Of a stretch of 64,000 nucleotides of DNA, positions 14,401-28,810 are shown in pieces. Position numbers and translations under genes: made by a program. Origin of the DNA: Trichoplax adhaerens. Taxonomy: Eukaryota; Animalia; Placozoa. The stretch covers positions 3,602,449-3,666,448 of the forward strand of contig NW_002060949.1 in NCBI RefSeq assembly GCF_000150275.1, in the 5' to 3' direction. Numbering within the stretch: position 1 is the first letter of the stretch; each line of letters begins with the position of its first letter. The notes under the pieces are model-generated. The model searched no databases and was not told the origin of the DNA. It saw only the letters and a program-made list of their open reading frames with translations.

Positions 14401-16536
14401 AACAATCCCAATCTAGCCATTTTCTATTGATTTTCAACGTTCAACGACAGTCTACATTACATAAATGTGGTAGGAAATAAGAGAATATCGTTTGATTCTC
14501 TTGAAAAACATCAGATCACTACATTTTCTCCTTAGGACAGTACACCCAGAGTGCAGTGAAATTGAGGCACAAGTTTTCCTGCTTGACTGTTTACTACATA
14601 ACTCAGTCAGTACTGGAATAATAGTCAATGATCAGTTTAACTGTATGTTGATGGGTCATTAATGTAATCATCCAGGCATTTCATTTTCATCGCTTTCTCT
14701 TTACTATTTTATCGTCCAAGTTATTATTTTACTATTCGAAAAAGTTGCTCCGCGAGCGACAGCGTAGCCTGACACCTAAGACTTGACCTTGAATGAGATT
14801 ATTGACTTAAAATTAAATTGATTGAATGCTACTAATTAAGTTCTGCCTTGTGAAATGAACAGAATGAAAAGATATTGCAACGTGATTCTATTCTATTAGG
14901 GGTTGGTAAAACCGACAACTTTGCTTGATCAAATGCGGACATTACAGACTGCGAGCTCCTACTAACGTCTATACTATCGTGCGAGCATCGCTTTATTTTC
15001 AAGTCGCTGTTTTCAACGATCACACATTTTGGTCTTGCTGTTACTGCTTGATCGACACTGTCGATTGATAATAATGCCGTACACAGTTAAATGGCTAAAA
15101 TCTTATATAGTCGTTAACGGGAAGGACATGAGTGTGAAATGTTCCGTAGCAATTCTTGTAAATTATCTTTGATACAGCATCAACAAGCGAGTTGAACGTT
15201 CTTTTCAGCTTTTTGGTGTTTTACATCCATCATCAGTCGAATGCCATGAGTCAATGGCTACCGGTTACAATCAGTTTACCTATCTATCGCCTAAAGTTGA
15301 GGTATTATTGGTAGACTTTCTATTTTTTCTTCTTGTAGAACGCTACAAGAGCATTTTAGAGCAAATGATTGAGCGCAGCAGAGGGTAGGCCTATTCCACC
15401 ACTGATTGTGTATGGAATAACATCATCTCGGCATGGTACGCGTATGATTGATTACTAATTGATTAGGCGTTTGTTCATGGAGGAAAAAAAGAGTCAAAAT
15501 GGTCTCGAAGCCCAAGTATATATATATATATACACTGGCTACTTGACAAGTGTTGGACATGACATTTGATCGCCTTTTAACTAAAGCATAGTCAAGTATT
15601 GATCATCAACATATCGTACAGTATTGCAATATGGACGATTTTGCAAGGCTGTAGCACTCAATTGGATCTTCATGCTCCAATATTCATCGCAGTGGTGCGT
15701 CTTACGGTAGATTAGGTAAATACATCAAGACGTAAGTAAATACAAATAAGTAACATCTATCAGGCAATTAAGTATAGAAATAATAAGAATGTTCATACAG
15801 CACAGTAAGGTACAATCGATGTAGAGTGGCTTCATTTTGAAAATCATAGGATAAAGGATAGAAAGTAGTAGGCTAATCGATAAGATGCATCATCGGTTAT
15901 TCCACACAGTATTCCACTGCAGTTGGCGACATGATGGAATAGCACTATCGTGGAATGGCGTCCATTTAGGCTTGATTTAAAATCATCCGGTTATGCTTAT
16001 TTAGGAATAGGTTATTGAACGATAGAAAACAATTCTCTGTGTGGTGTACTGGATCTACTAGTATCTAGTCTTTACATGAGATCCTCATCAAAGTCGATGG
16101 AAAGACAAATTCAAGCCGTTGCTAACAACAGGCAACAGCATAGCGCCATCGACGAGTGTTGATGACACATAGAAGAATACCTCTGGTGAACCTTCTACCC
16201 ATGCTATCCTACAGTATACCCTACTACAACCATTCTATGCTATCCTCTTTCCAATACAAAGTAAGATAGACTGTCATCATTCAAATGGATGACTACTGAT
16301 GATGACAAGATGAGAATTTTCTCACTGCATAGACTACAAGAATGCAATGGTCTCCATCTTGTAAAGGATGCTTTGCTCCACTCTCCACTTACCAGTAATC
16401 CCATCCATATCGGTGCACTAATATAAGTGATTGAATTGCTTGTAGCTTTAAACAGTGTTACTACACCCAAGATCATACTAACAATGCCTGTAATCGTTTG
16501 AATAGCTCCTAGGATGAGGACTAACTTTTGTTCCAT
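11486..16536 (-). CDS. MS4A/CD20-like four-pass membrane protein, about 357 aa, with a long acidic cytoplasmic tail
   Basis: Exons 16536-16393, 13624-13568, 12444-12205 and 12118-11486, all GT-AG and phase 0. LGAIQTITG...APIWMGLL|YFISGVL matches the MS4A LGxxQ and PxWxxxxxxISG signatures. There are four hydrophobic segments. The tail has PPVY and PPAY motifs and ends DDDTPLLQP. Confidence 0.8.
12430..13420. repeat. Intronic tandem repeat of about 112 bp derived from the intron 2/exon 3 junction of the MS4A-like gene
   Basis: CTATCAACAAATGATC occurs at 12445 (true acceptor), 12611, 12723, 12835, 12947, 13054, 13215 and 13327. Confidence 0.9.
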
Positions 16537-18424
16537 GATGAAAAATTGAGCAAATGATGATCGATGTCCAGTTTTAATTTCTTCTTTTCCGACTCTTGCG
16601 AGTCCTGTCCCAGTTGCGTTGTCATCGCTTGTACTTGATTCTTGATGTCTAACATCAGTCCGGCCGCAGTCCGTAACATGCGGACCAGTTTGCCTACCAG
16701 TCCCGTCCCGTTTCGGACCGAGATGATTGCTTGACCTCTGTCCGAGTACACTAGTGTGCCTTGGATCTTATCCACTAAGTTTACTACGACTACACGCTAT
16801 GTATCCGACACTATACTCAAGTCTTCCAGACCATTTGGGGTGCGGTACGTTGTAACGGAACGGACTCGTTGGTGGCACGTGATCGTGCCAGCAATGGTTG
16901 TATACGGGCACAGTCATGACTCCAAGACTCATAGTATTACCTACAAGTTTCTGGTATAGTAGAATGCAGTATGAGACCGACACACTCAGTCTGTTTCATG
17001 GCATGTCATGTACTGTACCGTACCGAACCGTACCATACCGTACCATCCATGAAAATGGCTTTCTTGTACAGTAGTAGTGCACTTGTACGCAGAAGATGGC
17101 AAAAAATGATCAAGACACAAATTCCAACCTCCCATATAGATAGTGTATATTTATTTCTACACTTTAGTGCACATAGTTTACAGTCAACGCTTTGACAAAG
17201 TGCCGCAAATCTCCAACAACGAAAGGAAAAAATTGTCGAGATGTAGCCCAAAATACTTACGCGTATGCTTTCCGTCCCTCCATGACAACCATTCAATCTT
17301 TTTAAAATAAATAAAATAAAACACGCGCTGCATCATAATCACTCAAAAGTGCTTTAATAATATTCTTTACCATGGCAGTCAACAGCACCAAACTTATCAA
17401 CTCTACCATAACATTTTACACCTTACAAATGTAGAATCATTTATATCTCTGTTATTATCGTCTACATCAGTAGTGTTAGCGACTTTAATGAAAGCTACAA
17501 CATACACATAAAACAACAATCTAGCTCAAAGGCAATCCATATGACTATCTTCAGCGAGAAATACTATAAAGAGCCAGCCAGCTATTAGGCTCATTACAAA
17601 CAATATTGTACTATCTTTAAATTACATTAATTTTCAACTTTCTTCCAAACTTTCAACAAAATGGAAATAAACTAACAGTCCATTTTTACATAAGAAATAG
17701 TCTCAGGCCAAACAATATAGTGGCGGGGCTCTATCTATAATTAATCGATCCGATAGCAATCAGATACATAAATTGAAATGCCAAAATTTTATACAAACTA
17801 AATGTTAAAATTGTAGGTCAATATTACCTTCTTGGTGTTCATTAAATGGGAAGAGAAATCAATATACAATTTCTATAATAATTATAGTCAGAAAAATTCA
17901 TAGATATGTATAGATGTATCCTTATATATATATATTATATATATACATTAGCATAGAGATAGACAATTTTTACATAACAAGTCGATTTTAAAGCTCAATT
18001 AAATCACTAACGTAAAAGTAGTACTCGTATAAAGGAATGCTCAGATCTACACCCATAAATTACTGGAGAGGCTATGTATCCGACCACGATACACCGTAAC
18101 ATGCATATATACTACGCTAGTTGTCAATACTAATGTTAGAAATACTGTACCAACTAATAGATGTATGAACCTCCAAGCTACACAACCTTTCTATCTTGAT
18201 AATGACCATAAAATAATCTTGCGTTAGTTTCATAATTTAAATTGAAAAGGAGCAGAAGAATTGTACATTGTTATCAACATTAAGCAGATGCGACAGTGGA
18301 AAAATAACAAGCTTGTCTTGCACATAAGTCAGCTTGCGTCTTGCATTAGGCGCTTTCTTGGGAGCATACCTCAATAATAATAATAATAATAATTTCCATC
18401 GAAACAATCGCAACCCAATTATAA

Positions 18425-21400
18425 TTAACGACCTTTTTCCTTAGTTTCAGCCAAGCCTTTCGATTTTGTAAAATCAATCTCTGTGTATGCTTTTTCTTCT
18501 ACCTTAGCTGGCTTTCTAGATCTTGCAACAGAAGACGACATGGGAACATTACGCTGCATAAATGGAGGAGCTACTTTGGATGGACTCCTAGCACTGCTTA
18601 AACGTCCCCCTGATATCTTTTCACTTTTACTCGGTCTGGGCATCTTGTTATGTTCAACATCGACATATTGCACGCCTTTCACATCGCTGGATCGTTGAAT
18701 AGTTATATTAGGAGATTCTGCTTCCATATTAACATAGGATGATGATTCATTCGACTTTGTAACATGAACACTACCGCCTTTTTTAGTAGTGCCTTTTGTT
18801 TTAGACTCGCTTTTGCTTGAGCCAAAATGTTCATCACTGCGTGATACACGTACCGAGCTAGGACCAACAGCTGAAGTGTTATTGCTATTAGTAGAGCGTG
18901 TATTTGTTGAGCCATTGTTATTATCACTACTACTTCTACTTCTAGCATCGCTATCGGTATTAGTTTCAATGTAATCTACAAATTCTTTTTTACCACCAGA
19001 ATCGCTTCTTTTACTAGTAGAATCCATATTCATATAATCTCCCATTGATTCCTTTGAAATATCTATGTCAATATAATCAGACGGCTTATTATTATTGGTA
19101 TCTTTCCCAGCCTGCATCGTCACATAATCTCCGCCACTGGCCTGACCAGGTTGCATTTCAACATAATTACTGTCCTTGCTTTGAGCTACACCACGTTGCA
19201 TGTTCATGTAATCTCCAGAATTAGAGCCACTAGACGATGTCGACTGTAGCTTGGCTTGTTTGCAGTCCTTTAATGACTTCCCTTTATCTACACTACTGTA
19301 TTTATTTCCCTGGCCGGGCATCATATTCATATAATCGCCAACACTCGAAGACTTTTTGACAGGCTCCATATTAACATAATCACTGGACGATTGACTTACG
19401 ACTTTTCTCGGTTCCATATTGACATAATCACTAGTGCTAGTTGTTAATCTTTTGCTAGCATCACCCTTTTTGAAATTACTAGCTTTATTTTTTGTCGGTT
19501 CCATATTCACATAGTCTGCTGACGCATGCATTTTACCAGGTTTCATATTTACATAGTCTGCTGACGCATGCATTTTACCAGGTTCCATATTTACATAGTC
19601 TGCTGACGCATGCATTTTACCAGGCTCCATATTAACATAGTCACTAGATTTGCTTGCTTTCAGTTTTTGTTTTCCGGGTTTTACATTAACATAATCGCTT
19701 GATTTATTGCTGCTACTACTTTTACTACTTTTTCCCAGGTCTATATTAACGTAATCAGGTGATTTGCTTGAACTCACGTCTGATCCACTTTTAGCTTTAG
19801 ATTGGGTGGAATGGGACCCTGAACTTTGCATATTCATGTAATCAGCGTTCGTAGAACTACCCGACTTTTTTAAATCGACGTTGACATAGTCAGAGGTAGC
19901 AGCACTTTTAGTTGTCTGCATACTAATAGGAGCAGTGTTTACATAATTGGGTGCTTCAGTCTTCGCTTTAATTTTGGAGCCCTTGGATACCCGCTCTGTT
20001 ACTGGATCTAGATTAGTACCTTTCTTATCCATAGAATGTAATCTTGGACTTGCGGTAACGACAGAATCAGTAGCTGGCGATATTTCACTAGCTTCGGAAG
20101 AGCTTCTCGACATGTTCTGACCATGTGCAGTATGACTCTTTGGAGGACGATCAAATTTTGTTATAGAGGAATATGTTCGGGACCGACCTTGATCGTCCGG
20201 GAGGTTTGCGCTACTAGCCGACTTGGACCTAGTATGAGCAAATAAATGTGAAAAAGAAAAACGCTTTGGAGATTTTTTATTAGTCCCATCACTAGGAAAA
20301 TTTTCCGGTATCTCATTCGTTGTAGTAATCGAAGGGAGTACATTTAATTTCGTATCATCAGTAGCTTGGGGCCTTCTTGGTCGCGATGGCATTGTACTGG
20401 ATCGCGAACGATTTTCTTTTGCACTTGATTTGCCGTCACTATCTTCTACACGAGATGAGTCTGGTTTCTCAGTTTTACTAGTCCGCATAACACTATTATC
20501 AAATAAAAGTCATGCATTTGAGAAATTATAGATTAAAAATAAAACTTTCAAATAGATATTGCCGCTTGAAGTTATCTTACGCTAAAGCCTTTTCATGAAT
20601 TAATTCTGCAATAGCCTTGTCATCAACGTCCATCCATAACTCGCCAGGACCAATACATGATGAACGACCAGTTTCTATAAAGAAATAGCTATCGGAGTGT
20701 CCGCAGCGTCGAATTGATGAATATTTCAAAATTAAGGGTTGTTTCGTATTGGCAGATCCCAAACGGCATAACTTCATTTCCATTGGTAATAATTCCAAGT
20801 TGTAAGCACCGGCTAATTGCTTGGATTTTGCAATACCACGGTCTGAGAGGGTTACTTGCCAAATATTTTCTATATTAGAAATCAGAGGTGATAGATTATT
20901 ATATTTATGAGTGAAACGATTTCTGTCCTATTTCATGCGTAAAATCGCTCAATTTAAAATCTAAATAAACAGTATTGAGAGACATTTTTATCAGCTATTT
21001 CTAAGCATTTTCTACTCTAGTTTAATCTTGCGTTGCAACATCATATTCTTACATTATACAGATACCATACATATCAATGGCTCAGATTTAAACATATAGG
21101 CTCTACTAACCATTACTTCTTGATTTATGGTGTTTAGGATTTTTCACTTCTTCAGCAGCCACTCGCCAACTTTCCAATTCTTCTGCAGATTCAGCGTATA
21201 AGCCGTAGCAATCGTCATTGGTGTAAAATCCTAAGCAGTACTGATGCTTATCGTTCGATATTTCCGTAACTTTATGACAATCTGACAACTGAATAACACT
21301 CCGTGGTTGTCCATTTTGATTAAACTTTTTCTCATTATCGTAACATTCTAATCGACCTGGACCGGCTTCAGAATCAAGACGCAATACGTAATAGCGTTTC

Positions 21401-21897
21401 CTTGAATTCTGTGTTGAAAATATACAAAGAATTGCCAATTTCAAAAATTGCACAGTTATTATTATGCATTGTACACTCTATGGTATCACGCAACGATCTG
21501 TGGTGTATGAAACAACTTGAAGGAATTTAATCAAAAATAATGTAAGATTGTAGTTTTGTTTTCTTTTCTACGTGTTATATCATTAACACGCTGCTACATG
21601 ATGCCGATATGTGATATAGAAGCTGTGATATTTTTATACAAATTTTTAATTCAATTTGCCAGCAATGTTCACTAAATAAAAGCATGGACGCCTTTAACAG
21701 ATGATAACCTGCACCACTGTCAGTAATAATATGGGATCAAAATGTAACTAGAATTATGGATTGACTGCTACATATCGATTATAAATTCTTGCAAAGAAGA
21801 TGACAATAAAATGAAAAAAATTGATTTACGTTTTTACCTTGATCTTTTTTAGGTATCCACGTTTTCTAACATCAGTAGTTCCTTTCATTGTGCTCAT
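18425..21897 (-). CDS. IRS: Insulin receptor substrate (PH domain, IRS-type PTB domain, tyrosine-motif tail), about 904 aa
   Basis: Exons 21897-21838, 21408-21111, 20869-20581 and 20492-18425 join in frame. PH: VRKRGYLKK..RYYVLR..RLECYDNEKKF. PTB: WQVTL..SIRRCGHSDSYFFIETGRSSCIGPGELWM. The tail has many DY(V/M)NM motifs and a C-terminal AYTEIDF. Confidence 0.93.
19497..19645 (-). repeat. Coding 42-bp tandem repeat (DYVNMEPGKMHASA, about 3.5 copies) in the IRS tail
   Basis: ACATAGTCTGCTGACGCATGCATTTTACCAGG is repeated at 42-bp spacing. Confidence 0.9.
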
Positions 21898-24800
21898 TAT
21901 TTAAAATATATTCTATATCAAAAATTGAACAGTCATTATGAAAGTATCTATCAAGTGGCTCATTAAGTGCGATACTGCTCAGCTAAAGCAAGCAATGAAA
22001 CTATATTCTCAATGCATGCGCAATAATCCAATTTCTATTTGTCAATGAGACTAGAGGTAAAATTAGGGTATACCTGTAAAATTAAATCGTCCTTTTAGAT
22101 TGAAAGTAAACATAAGTGAAATATGCTTTCCAGTATTTAAGGTTAGTACGGAGACTGAAGCTATTTCATAGGTATGTCAGCTTATAACTGAACCATAAAT
22201 GCTTCAACCTTTGATCAGGATAGACATACGGCAATGCTAGAAAAGAAGAAAAGAGATTGTTAATACATACCAATTGGTATATTAGTATTTCTTCTCATGA
22301 GTGACTGGCTTATGGGTTTTATAATCACAGACAACACAACATTAGGATTGTAACAAAACTATAATAAATTGTAACTGCCTAATTCAAAAAAATGCAATCA
22401 GACTATAGCTTTTATGCCTACGGGCATAGTAGAGCATCGTATTGCATATTGCATAACAAACGATGCATTTCGAGCTATATTAGTTACGTAGTTGTTTTAC
22501 GCCTTTCTACTGATCTTTTCCATCACAATGTAGGTAAAAACAAAACCAACGTCTTTGATACTGTCCATGTTGTTATTAAAAGATCTTTCAGTTCGCTCAC
22601 TTTGTGAAAGGGTAGTCTTCATAACTAGTCCCCCCCCCCCATATTTCGAATTGACGATATGGAAAATATTGAACTTTACACGGGCGAAGTTGTCCGAGCG
22701 TCCGTACGACTGGTGTTGACTGCTTACTGACACATTACTCACTGTAACGTCTGTCCAGTCCAGGCCAATGCAGTATCTCCAGTACTGTACTAACGGTGAT
22801 CAGATTGTCGGTACAGCAGTTGTTATTCGTTAGTCGTCGTCATCAACGGTTTTCGGTAAATAATTTTTTTCAATGTCGGAGAACGGGCGGCTAATTTGCC
22901 TCGTTGACGACTTTATAACGCACTATACTCTGTTATTGGTTACAACAGGATACACACGTATTGACGCCAGCAGTTGAAATTTTTCATTTTTTTTACTGCC
23001 TAATTGATACTGTGTACTGTGTAGTAGAGTCAAGGAGCTCGAGATGCATCAGAATCAGGTGATTTCCAACAATCCATACTGCGCTTACAACCATCCTAAT
23101 ATCATCAAAAGGATCTTCATTCTTGACCAACTCATTACAGCATGCATCTACAATAGGGTGATGATACTGATGATGACTATGAATTCAATTTGAATGTTAT
23201 AAGGCTTGGCCACTTCAAATAGCTAAATTTGGAGTTGATCGGGAGAATCGTGGCTGTATTTCTATTTGTCATGTCTACATTCTCGTGTCAGTTACGTGTC
23301 ACAGAGTGTCAGAATATTCAAGGAGACGATACACGCCAATATTGTATCATGTAAAGATATATCCAAAGATATCTTTACTCTCTCAATAACTATAGAATCA
23401 GAAGTAGGAAGAGAGCAAAAAGAATTCACTTGCATCTAATGATTGCTAGAACCTCATGAGAATTTGAATTCCTTGGGTCATTGCAATACTTGGTATTGAA
23501 GTATATTTGATGGTAATAAAATGGAAGATATCTACGGATGATGCGTACTGTAAATTGAATTGATATGGTTGTGATAAACATGAACAACTGCTTGAACGCT
23601 TCTTCTACAGCAATACGTCCATTTTTCGTTGCAACGAAGCGATCCTCAAGGACAACTTTTCTTCTCGGCCACTCAAGTACAGCATTGTCGTTGATAAACA
23701 ATAAAACATGCAAACAGGGTTGCCGACACGCAAAGTAGACCGTCGCAACATTTGTGTAGTAACTACATTCAAAAGAAGAGTTTCAATTTTGGAGAAGACA
23801 TTTACTACTTGTAGAATGTAGAAATAGAAGCCTGTAGGGCCGTCCATGCCCCCCTAAATCCAATAGCATGACTAACAACGTTAAAGCGTTTGGTCTCATT
23901 TTTCCTTGCAGTCATCGACTACTGTCGGTCCTATCATACAGATCCAGTAGAGTAGTTGTACAATAGGATTACCGTGGTGTACAGAGGGCTAGCGAAACGC
24001 TGGAGTCATTGGTACTAATACGTTGAATAATATATCTTCTCAGCGACACTACATAGGCCGACTGCGTCTCGCAGCAGTCCCTCCCCTACTTTTGGATATT
24101 CCTTCTAGTGTTTAAAGCATCGATGATTCGATACCGCTGCGCGAGACATTTCAATTTTTCAACCAATACGATAACTATAGCTTACCCCTTGACGATAAAT
24201 GGTAAATTAGTGTTGAATTGTACTGGTGTTACCAAGACAAAAAATCAATGCAAGCAGCAAACTGGATCAAAATTCAATCATGTAGTTGATGTTGACAGGG
24301 CGAAAGTGAACAGATTGCAGAAAAACTACTGTACAGTCCTACGCGCTAGAAAAGATTGACTGTAGACTACAGAAAAAGCTATCACCCATGTTTTCAATTG
24401 GTGAAAGCATTCCAACTATAATTATAATCAATCAAGTGGTATCACTTACCCGCTTCCTATGTTAGTGACAAGAAGATTGAGTTGGTCAATTTCAACACCA
24501 ATATTGTTCCCAATTTGGACGTACAATAGAGTAGGTTCCAACTATTGACTACCGTGATTAATAATAAGTGGCCGTCTTTACCGAGAATATCGCATCTGGC
24601 AAGTCGTAAATACGGTAATGGAACGGACTTTTATTATTCGTATTAGCACCTTGATGATTGGAGACTTTCGACTTGGTCATGCCCGATCGGTGACGTACTC
24701 GTTGCAGTCCGTCCCGTCGCCCGACCGTATGTACACAATAGAGCGCTTGGAGGTGTTAGTGTAGTCTACACTCTACAGTACGTACACCGACCAGAAAAAA

Positions 24801-25827
24801 TACTACAGTCTGACTCATCCTGTACAGTACTGTACTGTAGCACAGCAAAGCACTGTACACTGTAAAATCTGCTTTATCCTTTTAGCGCACGAAAGAAGCC
24901 CTTCTTCTTCTACTCTTGAATATGGAAATATACAACAAGTAATACAAATTAGCTGCAGTACTTTGTGGCATCGTACTCTTGCATCTAGCTATCTTCATCA
25001 CCACAGTACTGTACTATTTTCTTGCAGTCATCATGCCCTACTCCTAGTACTATACTGTATTGCCGTGTACAGTACTGTACTGTATAGTGGAACTGGACAC
25101 CAGTGCTCCATACAATCCTATTGTTGATTGTTTAATCGGCGGGGGCAGTACCGAAAACGAATACTGTACAATGTACCGTACATCCAGTGTACAAAATACT
25201 GTACAGCACGAGAAAGTCCCATACTGTACTGTACTGTACAAAACGCTCACAGTACAGTACACAGTACTGCTATCTACAGTACAGTATATTATTGTATTGA
25301 CTACATGTGTTCCACAGTATGCAACTGTGCGCAGTAGCAAAAATACTCCAACAACGTGACAGAGACCAAAGCGATTATAATATATAATATATATAAATAG
25401 TATTGATTTATTATTACTATTATACCGTCTTGACGATGGTACCTTTTTTTAGTAGAAAAGGTATCAACATGCAGAAAGAAACCTTTCTGTATTATTTGCA
25501 GACGGGATACTCGTCTTGATTAGATGCATCTACCAATGAGTTAAATAAATTTACCACCATGCTATACTTATACGAGTATATCTTTACCATTCGCAACGGG
25601 TTCATTAATGAACAACTTACCAACTTAATCTACCGTCTATACTGGAAGTCAATCAAACACCAACTCACTACATTATACACAGTAAACAGTAATTAATTTA
25701 CGGCTACAAATTATTCCATCAGTCATTGCAATACATCGAGGTCAATGATACGCTTAGCCATGATAAAAATAAGACATTTTTGAACATAATTTAAAACTAA
25801 TTTATTTAATAGTCGCTAAAATTGCGT

Positions 25828-28031
25828 TCATGGTTGGCTAAAAAGTGTCCAGGATATAATCGTTATAGAGTAAATACCAAATCCGAATAGGCCGATTGAA
25901 AACCAACCAAAAGACGACAGCAGATAACTTCCAATCAAAGGAGCTATAGCATTTACAAATGCATCTGTGCTATAACTCAGACCCAGCATAGCCCCATTAT
26001 CAGCAGCAGGTACAGATTTTGTTAGAGTGCTACTAAAGATGACGTTGGCTATGCTAGATACAATGACTTGAGGAACGATTACCAAACATAATCCAATAAT
26101 ACTGCTTACGAAGTATGACTAAGATAATAAAAAAAATGAAGACATTTTACAAAATTAAAATTCGTCCAAAACGGTTAAAATCCTATCAATCATAGGTATT
26201 CTATATTATCAATCAACTACTGTTTATCCCAGTTATTGGTAAAATGTTTAAGCCAATCGGTCAACTACATCTTGCCGATACAATCAATCTGAGTTTATAA
26301 TTAATTATCCCATTTATAGGCTATAGCTACACAAAAGTAGATCTTACCATTGACAAATAAACTATGGATTGTACAACAACACAGCCAAATAGTATTTTCT
26401 TATCGTCGTATCGTTTGGTTAGCATTTCAATTAAAAAGCCTTGAACTAGCTGTAAAGCAACCAGAATTAAATTCATTTTCAAGAATTTCTGACTATAAAA
26501 GTGATTCTTTCAGCGTTGAGCTGTATTCAACTATATATAAAAGATTGTAAAATTGATTTCATTGGCCTTACCATGCCTAAAAGTCCGGTAAAAGAGAGAA
26601 TTAATCCGTTCTGTTCTGGATTTAATCCAAACTCATCTATAGCCACCAGGGAGAATAGCGAATTGAAAATGCCAAGCGGAAAGCCGAACGCAAGTTTAAT
26701 TATCATTAAGAAGCCAATTCCTGGGAGCTTTAGAAGCTCAATAAGTTTCGAAATGTTCAATAAACTATCTTTGCTCTCGCTCTCTACTGAAAATGATAGT
26801 TTAGACGGAATAATTTCATATTAATAGTAACCGAATTTGAGATGCGGCAAAAAGGGCAAAAATTTAGCGTCATTTGTCAGCATAAGTACAGTAGAATTAT
26901 AAATACCGGATGTCTCCGGTGCTGAAGTTGCTAGTGTCTTAGTTTTTTCAGGTATCACAAGGAAGATCGAAGCTACGCTTACTACTGAAAGAAAGCAAGC
27001 AACGAAAGCGGCAGACTGTTCATTAAAGCGCCTCGTGATCACTCCGCCAACCATTGGACCTAGTATCATTCCTAAGCCATAGGACAAACCTAATTTACCG
27101 AGAGCTCCAGCACGTTCTAGTTGAAAAACGTTACGTACAATACATTTTAGTGACCTAATCGGGGAATACAGACTATAAAATAAGATAGTAAAAAAGTGTA
27201 ATGGAAATAAACAGACTAATCCTCCTTTACATTTACGCTATAATTAAGTGATAGAAAATAGCCATACTACAAATGTTTCAATAAAAAACTGTCATCAATG
27301 TCATGATTGTGTACTAAGAATTTACCATCGCCGCTGGAGCAATCCGATATAACCATCTGAGCTCCTATAAGAACAATTTTTTGTCATTGCATAGGTTAGT
27401 ACAATTAAGGTCAATCAATTGTATTATTATATCCTATCCTCAAACGAATTACTAATTACATTGACACTTGTTAAATTAATCGAAAGATATAGTAAAGTGT
27501 TGCATTAGTTATAAGCAATCCTGTCAACTCGAAGTTTCTAACCATGCATAGCATGCAAAAAGATAGATGGTAATCTGGAAAGAAATAAGAGCGGGATTGA
27601 ATACGCAAGACCAAGCAAGCCGTAAGTAAAAGCAGCTCCGATAAAAGCGATCATCAGAGCAGCTCTAGTACCAACTAAATCGCCATAACGACCATAGATT
27701 GGCCCTCCAATCAGTTGAATGACCGAAAATGTGGTCTGAAGGTACCCAAAGGTGACAAGATTAACCTGTAATTTCTTAGATAGAAACTGTAAAAAGATAT
27801 TGCGTTAAAATGATCAGTTATGACGCTACCATGATTATTTGAAGGCCTAGTTTAGGTGAAACTTTTTTCATTTCTTCTATTCTACGCCCGTTCATATAAA
27901 AGACTGTACAGTATAAGAATTACCGGTAATACTCCTGTCTGTATCCAATAGGCAGTCGAATACAAAAATATATTAAAATGGATAGTATATATTATATATT
28001 TGATAGCCGCTTTGCGTTTCTTGGGATCCAT
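25828..28031 (-). CDS. SLC22A18: MFS transporter, SLC22A18-like, about 402 aa
   Basis: Exons 28031-27924, 27786-27543, 27364-27326, 27116-26907, 26786-26572, 26449-26348 and 26118-25828 join in frame. FGYLQTTFSVIQLIGGPIYGRYGDLVG (MFS motif A), SRLP, AQMVISD and ERAGALGKLGLSYGLG match SLC22A18. Confidence 0.88.
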
Positions 28032-28544
28032 GTGCGCTGTCTAATGATCTTTGAAGCAATTTTGCTCTTGAAGTATAGCCTATTATTTATTAATTAATGT
28101 TAATTAGATATAATCTGCCAATAGCACTTTCATTTCCTTTTAATACCTAAATTAAGTCAATTGAGCAACATTGGTATGGCGATTCACCCTATGACACGTA
28201 GCGAGTTATGCCATGTTTATGTTGTAATTTCATATCATAAAATGACGAGTATAGTCATATGATGAAATTTTAAAGCAACGACAAAGGTTAATGCTTTCAA
28301 TTCATTTTGTATCAACTGTAAATAGGTATTCTATAAAATTTTTGTATATTTTTCTATATACATGTACTAGTATAAATGCAGGTTGCTACTGCTGTACAGT
28401 ATGTGTACAATTGATGAATGGATTTATGGTGTTTAGAAAGGCACAACATTTTTTTTTATGGAACAGTAAGTACACTGTATATATGTACTGTATACTATAG
28501 TAGCAATCTGTACATACTAATCAAAAGTGTACATCATACGAGAT

Positions 28545-28810
28545 GATGAATTGCTTTCAACGCACTTTCGATAATACGATCCTCGATTGCACAATGCATA
28601 TTGGTTAAATGATAGTAGTTTTAGAGGTAATTTCTACGAAACGATACTGTAGCCCATACTGCATGTTGTTCAATCGATGAATTGCTTTCAACGCACTTTA
28701 GATAATACGATGCTCGATTGCACAATGCACATTGGTGAAATGAAAGTAGTAGTTTTAAAGGTAATTTCTACGAAACGATACTGTAGGCCATACTGCATGT
28801 TGTTCAATCA
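28545..28810. repeat. Direct tandem duplication of about 131 bp
   Basis: GATGAATTGCTTTCAACGCACTTT...CATGTTGTTCAATC starts at about 28545 and 28676. Confidence 0.85.
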
